This document shows positions 39,001-51,714 of a stretch of 64,000 nucleotides of DNA, piece by piece. Made by a program: the position numbers and the translations under genes. Position 1 is the stretch's first letter; the number at the start of each line of letters is the position of its first letter. Origin of the DNA: Octopus sinensis (taxonomy: Eukaryota). The stretch covers positions 868,001-932,000 of the forward strand of contig NC_043007.1 in the NCBI RefSeq assembly GCF_006345805.1, written 5' to 3'. Below the pieces are notes generated by a model, which did not search any database, had not been told where the DNA came from, and saw nothing but the letters and a program-made list of their open reading frames with translations.

Positions 39001-40422
39001 AGGACCAAGCTTCAATATATATATATTTATACATGTGTGCATGTTTGTGTTTGTCCCTCCAGTTTCAGCATGAGAACTTGTGTTGGTTTGTTTACATCCC
39101 TGTAACTTAGCAGTTCAGCAAGAGAGACTGTTAGGCTAAGTATCAGACTTATTAGCAAGAAATAAGTACTGGCATTAACCATGTTTGGATGGTGCATTTT
39201 ACATGCCACCGGCATGAGGAGCCAGTCAGGCAGCTCTGGCATCGACCCACACATGGATGGTGCTTATTGCATGCCACTCTGCCTCATTTTGTAGAATTAG
39301 TATGGGTTGCAAGAATTTTCTCTAACACAGTGTCTCACTGATCGTTCACATCTTGAGATCAGCTTTCACCCACTTTCTTTGACCTTCCTCTTTTCTCTCA
39401 TCCCACTTTGTTCACTCAAATGTTCACGTACCTCTACGTATTTTCACATGGGGCACTTCTTGAACAGAGGGTGATATTTGCTTGCAACCCTTGTGTCCTT
39501 GTAGCTCAGCGGCATTGAGGTTTGAAGATCAGTGAAATATAAACAGAAACTAATATGGAAAAACAATGATTGGTGACCAGAATGGTATCTTAGTTTCTGT
39601 TAGTCTTATCCAACTCATGCTTGCATGGAGGGGTGGAGTGGGACATAAAAACCAATCACACACACAATTGTGTATGCATGTGTGAATGTGTCTGTGTTTG
39701 TGTTTCCTTGCCATGACAGCTTGTGGTTGTTGTTCCATTTTTGATATTCTGAAAATCATGCCTGGCCATGAGGAAATATTTCCTTGCTGGGAAACTGGTA
39801 AGGATTGGCAGCAGGATGAGAGCATCCAGCTGTAGAAAATACAACCCAACAGCAACCATCTGACCCATGAAAACATAGGTGTTCAAATGATAATGATGAT
39901 GAACGTATATACATATATGCATGTGCACTTGTTTCAACCAGAGCCTGTGGCCATGTTGGGACATTACTGTATGTGTGTGTAAACTATTGTGTCTGTTCTG
40001 TCTAAATGTAACCTTGTTGGACACTGAAGATCAATAAGACAAAGTGCTAGACTGAAATTAGTCCTGGGGTCAATCTGATTGATCTGATTGACTAAGAGCT
40101 CTGAAAGTGATGACCCGTCATCACTGCAGTCCAGTGAATGTATTCAGTAATGCAATACGAATAAATGAAGATTGTGTGAGCAATCATTGAAATTACTAGA
40201 TAAATCAGATCTGTCCCCTTTATCAAGTTTGTATTGACCTTTGGCAACCTACTGGGTGTTTGTTAGCCCATGAAATATGTAATTATTTCAACTTTAACCC
40301 CTTCAACACTGACCTGTTTGGCATACCTCTGGTTCTCTAGTACAAACTCGTTAGCAATCTAAATAGAATTTTCTCGTTAAAATTTCATGTTAATTTGTTT
40401 TCCAAATGTCGGTCATTATTAG

Positions 40423-40795
40423 GTGCAGGTATGGCTGTGTGGTCAAGAAACTTACCTTCCAAACGGCATGGTTTCAGGTTCAGTCTCATTGCACAGCACC
40501 TTGGGCAAGTGCTGTGTACTATTGCCCCTGGTTAACTAATGCCTTGTGAGTGAATTTGATAGATGGAAACTGCATGGAAGCCTGTTATGTGTGTATGTAT
40601 ATATTTGTTTGTTTTTTTCTCCTGCCACCACTTGACAACAGTTGTTGGTTTGTTTATGTTCCTGTAATTTTCTCATTAAAAAGAAAAGGAAAAAAATGTA
40701 CTGGCATTGGTTTGTGTAACTAAACTCCCTAAGGCGGTGCCCCAGCATGGTCACAGTCCCACAACTAAAAGATTATTATTGAAATTAAGTAAAGA
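40423..40795 (+). mobile_element. Diverged OR-type SINE
   Basis: Family homology. Confidence 0.75.
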
Positions 40796-40860
40796 GATAG
40801 TATTTCAACGGAAATATAGTAACAAAAGTACCGTTCTATATTTTAGAGCTGAGGAGTTCT

Positions 40861-41180
40861 GTACATTATTTACATTGGATGGATCCGTGTCCTCATCTTG
40901 TTGCTACCACAACATTTCAGCTGGTTTACTCTCCAGCCTTCATCAGGTGTCCTGGTAGAATTTTGAACCCAACTCTGGGTTCTCATTCTTAAGTTATTTT
41001 TTTGTTGATATTAATTATTATTATTTATTCAAGGCACTGCCTGGAATTGAATACCTTAGGAATGAGTACCTGGGGTTCAAAATTCCACCAGGACACCTGA
41101 TGAAGGCTGGAGAGTACATCAGCCGAAACGTTGTGGTAACAACAAAGACGAGGACCCGTATCCGTCCAATGTAAATAAAG
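40861..41180. mobile_element. Fold-back element with hammerhead ribozyme in each arm
   Basis: Arms 40861-40993 and 41055-41180; same family as 7724-7956. Confidence 0.85.
41091..41135 (+). ncRNA. Minimal type I hammerhead ribozyme (PLE-type)
   Basis: CAC-CTGATGA-A-GGCTG-loop-CAGCC-GAAAC-GTT-GTG; ACGT palindromic helix III; GUU triplet; predicted cleavage after 41132. Confidence 0.7.
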
Positions 41181-41744
41181 TCGCAAAAGTGTTATAATTT
41201 TCTTGCCAATTTGTCAGCATGATACAGTCGTGTAATGAAGCCTCAAGAAAAATATTTTATCACTCAGTAAAATGTCTTGTGGATAAAATTATGAATGGTG
41301 TTGGCTGTTTTCAACAACTGTTTTGCTTGTTTTGTTTAGCTAATGGTTGGGTTTGAAAGAATCTCCTTGCTTCAAACAAGAAAGGATAATGGTTTAGGAT
41401 TTTTAGTCTATCTTGTAGTGTGGTTACTCTCTAAATTTTTTATATAAGTGTCTATATTTTCATGTGTTTGGGAGAATTTGATTTGGGGCACTGATGCTGT
41501 GATGTTGTGGGTTTGAATATCTCATCGCTAATAATGTTATGACGACGTTGGGGTGTGTACAAAGGTGGAGAATTGGCATTATCCTAATATATATTTGGAT
41601 ATGGTTATCTAGAACAAACTTTTTTGCAGAATTCATATGTTCACACAGAACATGCTCCGTACTATGCCAAACGTTGTTGGCATCCTTTTTGTCTCGGGAA
41701 ACAATGGAGTTGTGCATAAAATAATGTAGTCCGGCTTTTACATT

Positions 41745-42080
41745 TCATGTCCTAATACATTTCCTGCAGTGGCTGTGTAGTCCTATCCTGGACAAACACT
41801 CCCTCTGGCAGGTGCCGCAAATGTAGCGAAGACTTTGCCTGGCTGGTTGTAATGTCATAGTTTCTTGTTGACATCTTTTCTTGTCTTTCCATTTCTCCTC
41901 TCTCTCTCTCTATGTCACTCCTTTGTGTTCCCTCTGTTACGGTACGTCACCAAACTCCACGGTTGCTGGCAACTGCTTCCCAGTTGGTAATATTGATGTT
42001 GCAGGCCTTCATGTCCCTTTTGCAAACATCCTTGTATCGTAAGAACGGTCTTCCTACAGACCTAGTGCCCCTAGCAACGT
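41745..42080 (-). mobile_element. 3' fragment of a second RTE-clade LINE ORF
   Basis: Minus frames: GTRSVGRPFLRYKDVCKRDMKACNINITNWEAVASNRGVW* ... YICGTCQRECLSRIGLHSHCRKC (RTE C-terminal Cys/His motif). Confidence 0.85.
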
Positions 42081-42378
42081 AGGTATGATAATTAAACTAA
42101 CATCCAATACCAACGATCGATGCTGTCAACTCCAACGGTTCTTTATTTTATTGAAATGCACCAGTCCACTTTTAGTCATGAGGGGGTGGTCAGGATCCTC
42201 TCACAACACCGTCCATTATGAATTCATTATTTTCTCAGAAGTTGGTTCAGACTTAAAGCTGACAGGTTTCGTGCTGAGATAAAGCAACTGCATAAAATGA
42301 AACATTTTGTTGCGGAACAGGATAATTCAACCATTTTCATTTGGTTCTCAGCTCAAATGTTGTTGTTTTTCTTTGCAG

Positions 42379-42399
42379 CCTAGGAGTAGCTATTCGGCT
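42379..42399 (+). CDS. Possible 21-nt microexon (phase 2: LGVAIR)
   Basis: Strong acceptor TTGTTTTTCTTTGCAG|, donor GCT|GTACGT; frame-preserving. Confidence 0.25.
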
Positions 42400-43877
42400 G
42401 TACGTGTGTGCTTGTTCCTGTGTGTAAAAGGGGGGAAATTAATTTTTGTTGTTCTTTACAGAATCTTGAAAACGGTGATAACAAATTCTAGAAAAACTGA
42501 CAGAGGTCTTTAACAATTCACTAACTTAAAATTTGAAGACATAAATTTGAATTATTGTTAAATTCATATCTTTTTGTGTTTGGCTGCTTGTTTTTTTGTA
42601 TTTTATGTATATTTTAATTTTCTTGTGTGAAAATTTTGAATATGAATTCTGAATTATGTATTTTGTCTTGAGGAATTTAGCCCTTAGCATTCAGATTACT
42701 CCATCAAATGCAATATTTATTCAAAGTTTTGAATTAATCTTGCATTATCTTGTACCGTTGAGATTTTGATGTGGTGTCACGTAAATGCATCTGTGCCAGT
42801 GGCACATAAAATGCACCCAGCACACTCTGTAATGTGGTTGGCATTAGGAAGGGCATCCAGCTGTAGAAACCTTGCCAAAACAGAAGACTGGAACCCTTCC
42901 AACTCATGCCAGCATGAAAAACAGACATTAAACAACAATGATGATGATGGTGATGTTTATTTTTAGAATGACATTGCCGGGTAGGCATGAGTGGCTGGAT
43001 CTGGCTGGTTCAGACATATAACATTTAGAATATTTGGGCCAGATATGGCTGATTGGAGTGCTAAAGGGTTAATTAAGGTATCCTCTGTGTGAGCGTGAAT
43101 ACAATTTTGAATTTTATGTGTATTTTGTTTCATGGAATTAATGTGGATTTTTCTGCATCTAGGTTTGATTTTATGCATATATTTTCCGAACAAGATCAAA
43201 TTCTTTCGTGTGTTAGCTTGCTTTCCATGTATATCACATTTTATTATTTCAGAGTAAATATTTCTTATTTTCTCTATTATATATTTTGTACCTAATTATT
43301 TGCTCCACCCGTAATTAACTAATTGACTATTCACTGATTTACCGCTGTTTTTTTTTCTTCTCTTCTCTTTTACTACTTTGCCAAATGTTCTATGGATGCA
43401 GTAAGTAACCTATCCTAAACGTCTTTTCTACATTTTGTGTTCCATTTGCTAGATTTTATTTTTTCTCCCCCAATTTTTTTTCCCTCCCTCCCTGATATTA
43501 ATGGCTAAGGTCAAAGTGATGACCTTTCATAAGATATTTTTGAAAGTATCTCACTTTGAAATACATTTGCTAGCATGTATGTTTTACGCCTTACCATTTG
43601 TATTCTGACATTTCCTGAAAGATTCGGCAAGAAGACATAGAATGAAACCTGAAGTTCCCAAAAGATTTAAGGAAAGCAAAAAACTTTCATCTTTTGAATA
43701 TTTCGTCAGATTACCAGCGTATTGCTGGCATTTCTCAAAATACTTATTGATTTCTTACCATTTTTCTTTACCAAAAAAACCAACAAACAATTACATGTAG
43801 ATGCGAGGGGTCTATGTTTGTTGCCATTTATTATGGCAGTATTCCCTTTGTACATTCATCCGTTAATTGACTGTAAA

Positions 43878-43936
43878 ATGTCTGAACCCTCTCCATCCCC
43901 TGAGTTTTCTTTGTCTCCTGAGCCAGAAATTAGCAT
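43878..43936 (+). CDS. Candidate alternative first coding exon (MSEPSPSPEFSLSPEPEIS, phase 2)
   Basis: AAAATG start, protein-like Ser/Pro/Glu peptide, consensus donor AT|GTAAGT. Confidence 0.55.
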
Positions 43937-44147
43937 GTAAGTGGAGTCTTAGATGCCAAATGTGACCTGCAAAAAAGAGTGCTATTTATTAAATTTTATT
44001 CTCCGTTGTTGTTTTTTTGTTTAATTTTTTCTTTTTTGGCCTCATTTCTCTGTCTTTCTTTCTTTATTACCTCTATCTCTCTCTCTGCCATGCTATCTAG
44101 GAACAATTATCATCGATGTGCCGCTTTTACTTTATTTTATTATTATC

Positions 44148-44181
<34 letters not shown>

Positions 44182-44869
44182 TTTTTGTTAATGTCAGTCG
44201 TTAAATTGTAACTTGATTTTTAATTGTTAGTCTTTATATCTCTGGCATTTGTAGTTAGATTAAATACTATCAATGTTTCTAAAGTGATCTAAATGTTTTA
44301 AAATTGATTTTTTTTAAAGGGTTGGTGGGGTGGGGTGGGGGTGTTGGGTGAGGAATTTATTTTACTTCAACGATGTTTCTCGTTTTTATTTTGGAAATTT
44401 TAGTTATAAAAAACCAATAAAAAGAAAAAAACTTCCACAAGTAAACTATCTTTATTGACATGAAAATATAGATTGTCTTTTGTCTTCAAACCAGAATTGT
44501 CCATTAGCAGTTATTTACAATTTAATATTGTCTTGTGAGAGAATGTAACTTTTGTAGATTTGGAGAAATTTAGTGAGAAGAAATTCGCTTAAGCTTATTT
44601 GATTTTTTTGTTCTTTTTTTTTTATTTTAGTACAAAGACAATTCATGGGATAAATAATGGCACACATGGATTATATTTATTTGTATTAAAATGTTAGAAA
44701 AACATGAACATTATAATTCTCCAAGTATATATGTAGAGAAATTGCATTTCTATCTTATAAACTCGAATGCAACAACAAAAACACATGGAGGAAGGTTTTA
44801 AATTGTCGTTTATTTGTTATTAAAGTTGTTAAATGATTTTAGAGAAAAATCGAATCCTTACAGTTTTAA

Positions 44870-45310
44870 CCCTTTTGATACCAACCCACCTGAAACTGCT
44901 TCTGGCCTAGTTGTACAAATGTCTTGATTTCAAAAGTTCTGAATTAAAATCTACCACCAAACCTTGGTCACAATTTATGCTCTTAACATTAGCTTAACGG
45001 CAGAAACATTAGCAAGCTGGGCTTAATGCTTAGCGGTATTTCGCCTGCCGCTACGTTCTGAGTTCAAATTCCGCCGAGGTCGACTTTGCTTTCATCCTTT
45101 CGGGGTCGATTAAATAAGTACCAGTTACGCACTGGGGTCGATATAATCGACTTAATCCATTTGTCTGTCCTTGTTTGTCCCCTCTGTGTTTAGCCCCTTG
45201 TGGGCAATAAAGAAATAGGTAACTAAGTTATTTTACTAAATTCTTTGTTATATTTGGAATTAATTGAAAGAAACACAGAACATCTCAACAAAAATATGGT
45301 AACAAAAGGG
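44870..45310 (+). mobile_element. piggyBac-type MITE interrupted by a Meta SINE (44999-45217)
   Basis: TTAA-flanked termini; MITE sequence resumes after the SINE tail. Confidence 0.85.
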
Positions 45311-46747
45311 TTAATGGCTGTAGGTCTTACAGTGGAAATTGTCACCTCTGTGGCATTTATTTAAACAGTGAGTTTTGTTCAGTTTTAAGCCTGATTAAAT
45401 AAGCATCAGTGATCTTAAACATGATCGTTAGCTAATTGTTATTACTTCTTTTAATGCCATATTCAAGATTTCTAGTGTGGTGGACATTTTCTTCACCTTT
45501 GTTTTCTACAAAGCTTTTTTCCCTGGCAACTGTTTCAATAATAAATAATTTCCATTCATCCATATTTTGAAGTTTCATAATCAATACTAAAGTTCAATGT
45601 TGATATTGATCCGTTTCCGTTTCTTATTAACCTTCAACTTTTGTTGATATTTTTGTTTGTATATGCATTTTATTTGGCAAAACTCTTATTTATTGTATTA
45701 ACGGGTTGTTTTAAGATTTTTACGATGTGTGTATATACACACATACACACACATGCATTTCTCATGTTTTTTATTGCCAGTTTTATTTGCTGTTAATTTA
45801 TTTTATTCTGACTAAATTAACACAATATTTCTGACATTAATTGTCAAGTTGCTCTGCAAATTCTGCATATTTATTCCAAGTTAGCCATTGTCAAAATTTC
45901 TCATATTCAAATCATTATTCACATTTATTTGTTCTTTTCAAATAAAATTGCTTAAAAATTATTACAAGAATCTGGTCTAATTCTAATTAGAATTTTCATA
46001 AGATTTAGATAAAAACTTCATTTGCTTTATGAAACTTATTAATTACATTGAAAATTATTAATGATATTCTTTTTGGAGGCTGGCTTCATGGTAACTGTTT
46101 GCAAGAGATATGCTCTCAATTCCTGTTTTATTTTATTGGTTTTTACTTCTAAATACTATCATTTGTTGAACAGGTTTGGAGGATATTTTATATATATATT
46201 TACATATATAAATGTAAAATCTGCTTAAATCATTTGTGATTTATATATTTTACATAATTTAATGCCTGATTCTTAACTTCTAAAATGTAGTCCTCTGAGC
46301 TGTAATATGTTAAAAGTTATATGAATTTTTTTTTGTTTTTGTAATTCTTTCACTCTTTGTTTATCCTGTGTATCAGGACAGGAAAAATGGTATTGCCTGT
46401 TTCTGGTATCCATGACATACGATAAACATTTCCCAAATTATTTTTCAAATACTATAGTAACTTGGGGACTTAATGAAAAGAAAGCTGGCCGGCACGTTAG
46501 GATCCAAATAGATATTACATCCATTCCAATGTCTACAACAAAATTTTGAATGTAGATCACAAGGTAGTCTAGATGTAAGTTGCTGTAGATGACATACTAC
46601 GCCAACACCTTATCTTCATCTCACTTATATTTGAACACTTGTTTTGCAGTCCTATAAACCCTTTTGTTTCTGTAAAAGGAGACATATATAATTGTAGTCA
46701 ATTACATCAAAATAAAAATCAAATGGAAATTGTAGTTGTGATACCCA

Positions 46748-47049
46748 AGCCGGTGGCACGTAAAAAGCACCATCTGAATGTGGCTGATGCCAGCACTACC
46801 TTGACTGGCTTCCGCGTCTGTGGCACATAAAAAGCACCAACTGATCGTGGCCGCTGCCAGCCTCCCCTGGCACGTAAAAAGCACCCACTACACTCATGGA
46901 GTGGTTGGCGTTAGGAAGGGCATCCAACTGTAGAAACCATGCCAAATCAGACTGGAGCCTGGTGCAGCCTCCTGGCTTCCCAGACCCCTGTCGAACCGTC
47001 CAACCCATGCTAGCATGGAAAACGGACGTTAAATGATGATGATGATGAT
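46748..47049 (+). mobile_element. RTE-LINE 3' tail-derived repeat
   Basis: Family homology, (GAT)n end. Confidence 0.85.
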
Positions 47050-47281
47050 ATGGAACAAAGGCCAACTAAAACTCTGTAATCAAGCATGCATGATTAGGAC
47101 AAACTTTTTGGAGTGCTTAGGTTTGGTTAATAAAATATTTCTGATGTTGAAAGTTGTACAAGCATTGAAAATGACAAAATACACATCACTCAAGTAAACA
47201 GGTCATTCCCCCCCCCCCCCCCCGCAGAGGAAAGGATCGTTTTGGAAGATACCTTCCAATCGGTTTCAGTGCTAAAATAAA

Positions 47282-47677
47282 CTAGCAGTATAGCCCGGCA
47301 TTGCTCGGGCTTGTTTTCTTTTCGACCCTTTAGAATTCGAATTTTTGAAAAGTAAAAATTTTGCATTGTGTAGCTTGTTCTTCTCTTTAAGTGAACATTT
47401 TTCTGGTTGAAATACACCGAAAAATGGCGACACAGCAGTCAAAAAATCGTAAAAAATAGGGATTTTCATAGAAAATAAGTACCTTTTTGATGTAAATAAT
47501 TTTTGGTGTTAACATAGTCCGATTTGAATTTTTTCTTCTAAGGAAGGAAGAGCAAGCCTCCTTCTATCATACTCTCAATTTTGGTCAACTTGCGCCGCAG
47601 GGTCTCGGAGGAGATAGTGTTAGTTGAAGGCTACCAAACCTGCCACACGCAGACGACTTCAGCTTTATGTAGAGAGA
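47282..47677 (-). mobile_element. Non-autonomous Helitron-like element, intact ends
   Basis: 5' A|TC, 3' GCCCGAGCAATGCCGGGC hairpin plus CTAG|T. Confidence 0.82.
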
Positions 47678-48030
47678 TTTGAATATGTCTAACATGGAAG
47701 ATTATTTTGGAAAATTAAATGAATGGTGGCTGTCAGTGATAAGTAATGATGTTGTGTTGGTCGTTTTCTCAGTTAAGTGATCTTATGAAGTCTGGCTAAA
47801 ACTCCTGTTCTTGGACAAATTGCCCAATGATTTAATTATCCACTCGTTATGTTCTGAACTGGAGAGAGAAAGAGAGAGAGAGAGAGTAAAGACTCTGCAG
47901 TTAAGGAGCTTGCTTTGCAGCCCACGTAGATGTCTGATATGGTGTGTAATTAAAACCTCTGGTCTGTGTTCATTAAACAGTCAGCTGGGAAATATACTTT
48001 TCAAACAAATCTCTTTATTAATTTGTCCTT

Positions 48031-48101
48031 ATCTGATAAGCTAAGATTTGGGAAAATAGCCTCTGTTCACAGCTATTTTCCCAAGTCGTAGCTTATCAGG
48101 T
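48031..48101. ncRNA. Pre-miRNA-like hairpin
   Basis: ~30-bp stem with one mismatch and G-U pairs, 11-nt loop, in non-repetitive context. Confidence 0.35.
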
Positions 48102-50725
48102 TCACATTTCATATTTCCTGACATTTCTAAGTGCAAGCCATACAGATGTTACTGGATCTTGGTAACATTTTTAATCTGCTTTCTCCAATGTTTGTACATA
48201 ATATTCTGAGCAAGACATTAGCTCATTAGCATTTTAAACTGGCCATGTCTGGCCCAAATATTCTATGCCTCTCTCTCATGCCCTACAGTGTTGTTCTAAA
48301 AATCAACACTCACAACATTGAGACCTCATAGCTTTGAGGAGATTATGCATGATTAATTCAAAACAATGTGGATAAGTAAGCATCCCATTTGATTGTAATC
48401 TGGATGCTAAAGGATTAAACTGCTTCCAGTGGTGAGGCCCCAGCTCAAGAATTTTGGTGATGGGGGATAAAGAGAGTTACCCTAAGTCACCAATACTCCC
48501 AGGTTTGCTCTGGTTTGTAGTGGAAGGATTTGCTAAGGGTCCAATAGCTCCTTAGTACTGGTTTCTGTGGCATATGTATCTTCCCCTAAACAGGACGTTA
48601 GTCTGTTGCAGGATTACTCATTACTCGACTGAGAGGACTGGAGTAATGTGAAATGAAGTGTCTTGTTCAAGAACACAATGAGGTCCCTGGTTTATGAATC
48701 TTATGATCAGGTGTCCAACACCCTAACCATTAAGCCATGCACTTCCTAAGGGTCTCATATCATAAGATGGTGCAGTGACTAAGGCCATGGAGAAAAGTTG
48801 GCCCTTAGACATGTGTCACGCAGGCACCATGGGTGCATGGATATGCCCTGATGTTGTATGAACTAGTTCCCTATACGTCTAGGAATAAGCTCAGGAGATG
48901 TAGAAAGCAAACTATCAAACTGTTTGAAGGCAATAGGAAGTGACTTGTATAGCTTTCCTGAGAAAAGTTGTGAATCTTTAGACGTTGGTATGGATGTCCA
49001 TAAGTGCAGATACCTGTAGGCATGGCTCAGAGTGTGGGAGGGAGACAGATGTGGTTGGGGGCTATACTGATTATATTTTTACATTTCTTTCTACTGTTTG
49101 AATTTCATTTGTCTAAACGACCCTTTAACGAAGGTAAGATTTTCAAGAATACACATGCCTGCAGAAAATCGGCATTCAGTTCGGTATTTCCATTGGTGCC
49201 AGCATGGTTGCTCTCCAACCAAATGGTTTCAGGTTCAGTCCTGCTGTGTGTCACCTTGTTCAAGTATCTTATACTATAGTCCCAGGTTGATTGAAGCTTT
49301 GTGAGTAGATCTGCGAGATGGAAACTGAAAGAAGTCCATTGTGTGTGTGTGTGTGTGTTATTGCTGCCTTGCCTTGGCATTGCATAATAGTTGCGAGTGT
49401 TACTGTCATGCAGCTGGTGTCCTTTGTTGCCAATCTTGCAAGACATGTCTAGCCATGGGGAAGTCTTACCTTGCTTGGTAATGAGTGAGGGTTGGCAACA
49501 GGTAGGACATCCTGCTGTAGAAAAATCTTTCACAAAAGTTCTGTCCGACTCATTTCAGCATGGAAATGTGCACGTTAAAACGACGACGACAATAATGATT
49601 TATGTTGTGGCGGCACCCCCGAGTGACAGAAGCAGGCTGTTCCACTACAAATAGTGGACAAATATGAGTGGCGCCAGCCGTTGAGGTGCTCCATTCAGGC
49701 CAGTCACACAGACGACAAAATACGTCGCCGTAATGCAGGACATATCGGTATCAAGCAAAACGGAACGATTTAGTGTCACTCTTGTTGTAGAATCTTTGGT
49801 AGACATATGGTTTGTATTTTAGAAGAATCTTTAACGGAAATGTGTTTCGAGTTATAGCATAAATTTATTCATAATGAGTTAATGAAATTGAATTTGTTAT
49901 TAAATTCTAATTCGGCTTCATTTAAAATATAACTTGGCTTCAACTGTTTAATTTTGTCTATTGGGAGCCATTGGAAAGCAAAGATTTTTTTTTTTTTTTT
50001 TTGTAATCTTCCATGTTTAAGGATAAGAGTAAAGTGCTGTAGGACGAAGATGTTGCCCCAGTAAAATTACTGTTTTCTGGGACATTACCATTAAATGACA
50101 CCATGGCACAATAAAGGACTTCAAAATAAGAACTTTGAATTTCCTTCAAGTAACTGAGATTCCTCCAGTTTTCTTTTTACATTTTAATGTTCTTTTTTTC
50201 TTTCTTTTATTACCCCCCCCCACCTCCATCCAGTTATATTTTCTTATTGCTGTGTTGCAAAATTAACTCTTTGCAGTACAAGAAATTGCTATTTATAGTT
50301 TTCCATCATCATCGGTTAGGAATGTCTGCTTGGAATAACCTGCACTAAATAGCTGAATAACATTTCTGAAAGTGCTTCTTGAAACCCCATCCTCTAGAAG
50401 AGCTGAATTGTCATGGTTTTTAACATCTCTATTTGTAAACCATGTTAATTAGATGTAATTTGGGGAAAAAAGAAAAAAAAAAAACGGAAACAGTCCTGTA
50501 TATCATATTTTGTTCCTGTAAGCATGTTCATTTAGAAATTGAATTCTTGCTGTGACCACCAAGTTGGATTGGAAGAATCCTTGAGATGGTATCCAACCCC
50601 TCTCCCTTACTCACATGTTTTTCAATTAATTTTGGAAATATTGAAGAATTTCATGTCAATATTATACTGGTGTTAGGAACATAAATTAAACATGGAATTT
50701 GAAAGATTAATTTGGTTCATTTTGA

Positions 50726-51024
50726 CCCTTTTGGTATCAACTGGCCCTAGACCATCCCTGATTCTGCAGTACAATTTTCCTCTTTTGAAGTAATCAAAAT
50801 TAAAACTTTCCATCAAAATTTCACGTCAATCTTTTCATTAGCAACCCGGCTGAAACTGCTTTTGGCTCTGAGTACAAATGTCTTGATTTCATAAGTTTTG
50901 AATTAAAATCTTCCACCAAACCTTAGTCACAATTTATGTTCCTAACACAAACTTAATGATAACCAAGTTATTTCACCAAATTATTTACCCAGAGCATCTC
51001 AACAGAAATATGGTAACAAAAGGG
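50726..51024 (+). mobile_element. piggyBac-type MITE (composite)
   Basis: Family homology; AAAGGG|TTAA right end. Confidence 0.8.
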
Positions 51025-51303
51025 TTAATCTACACTGCACACATCTACTTAATGACAGTTACTTTACTAAGTTTTTCATAGAACCAAGGATGGTCTCATG
51101 GGTTGGTATCAAAAGAAATAAATAGAAAGTGGGAGGTATAGTGGCTGTTTGTTTTAGCAAGGCCAGACCCTCCCACACAATAATATTGTTAGTAGGCAAC
51201 AGCTATTTTTCACTTTAAGGCCCTTTCTAGTGCTGATCTCTCCTCTGCGATGTGAAGGATTGGTATATTTCGAAACAAAGCTAATTTTTTTGACTCCTCT
51301 CAG

Positions 51304-51336
51304 AACCTTGTGTCCTGGTTTCTTATATGACCTGAT
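51304..51336 (+). CDS. Candidate 33-nt microexon (phase 2/2: TLCPGFLYDL)
   Basis: Acceptor TTTTTTGACTCCTCTCAG|, donor GAT|GTAAGC; only the phase-2 frame is stop-free. Confidence 0.55.
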
Positions 51337-51714
51337 GTAAGCACACCCTGTGCTGTAGAAGTGATGTGTTCCTAGAACTATTTCCACAACAAGGAGTTCC
51401 ATAATGCAGCATGTACTTTTGCAGTGATTCCATTTTCCTTGTACTCCTGGAAATTTCAGTGTAACAAGGGAGTTCCATTAAGTGAATCCTATTTTCCCGT
51501 TGACTTGATGCTACATGGAAGTCAATGTTTCTGCAACACAGATGGCGGCTGTATGAATATTGAGCTTATTTTTAAATGAAAATATACAATGATAATTTAT
51601 CGAAGGGCATATTTTAAAATTCGAGTCTGTTTCTCATTCTAACACTTAAAGCTATGAAATAAATATTTATTTTCATCTGAATGGAAAATAGCAAATAACT
51701 CAGTGGCAGCTTAA

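Noticed and set aside
48089-48099. TAGCTTATCAG matches the 5' end of vertebrate miR-21
   Set aside because: Only 11 nt, at the hairpin base rather than a mature position; miR-21 is vertebrate; treated as coincidence
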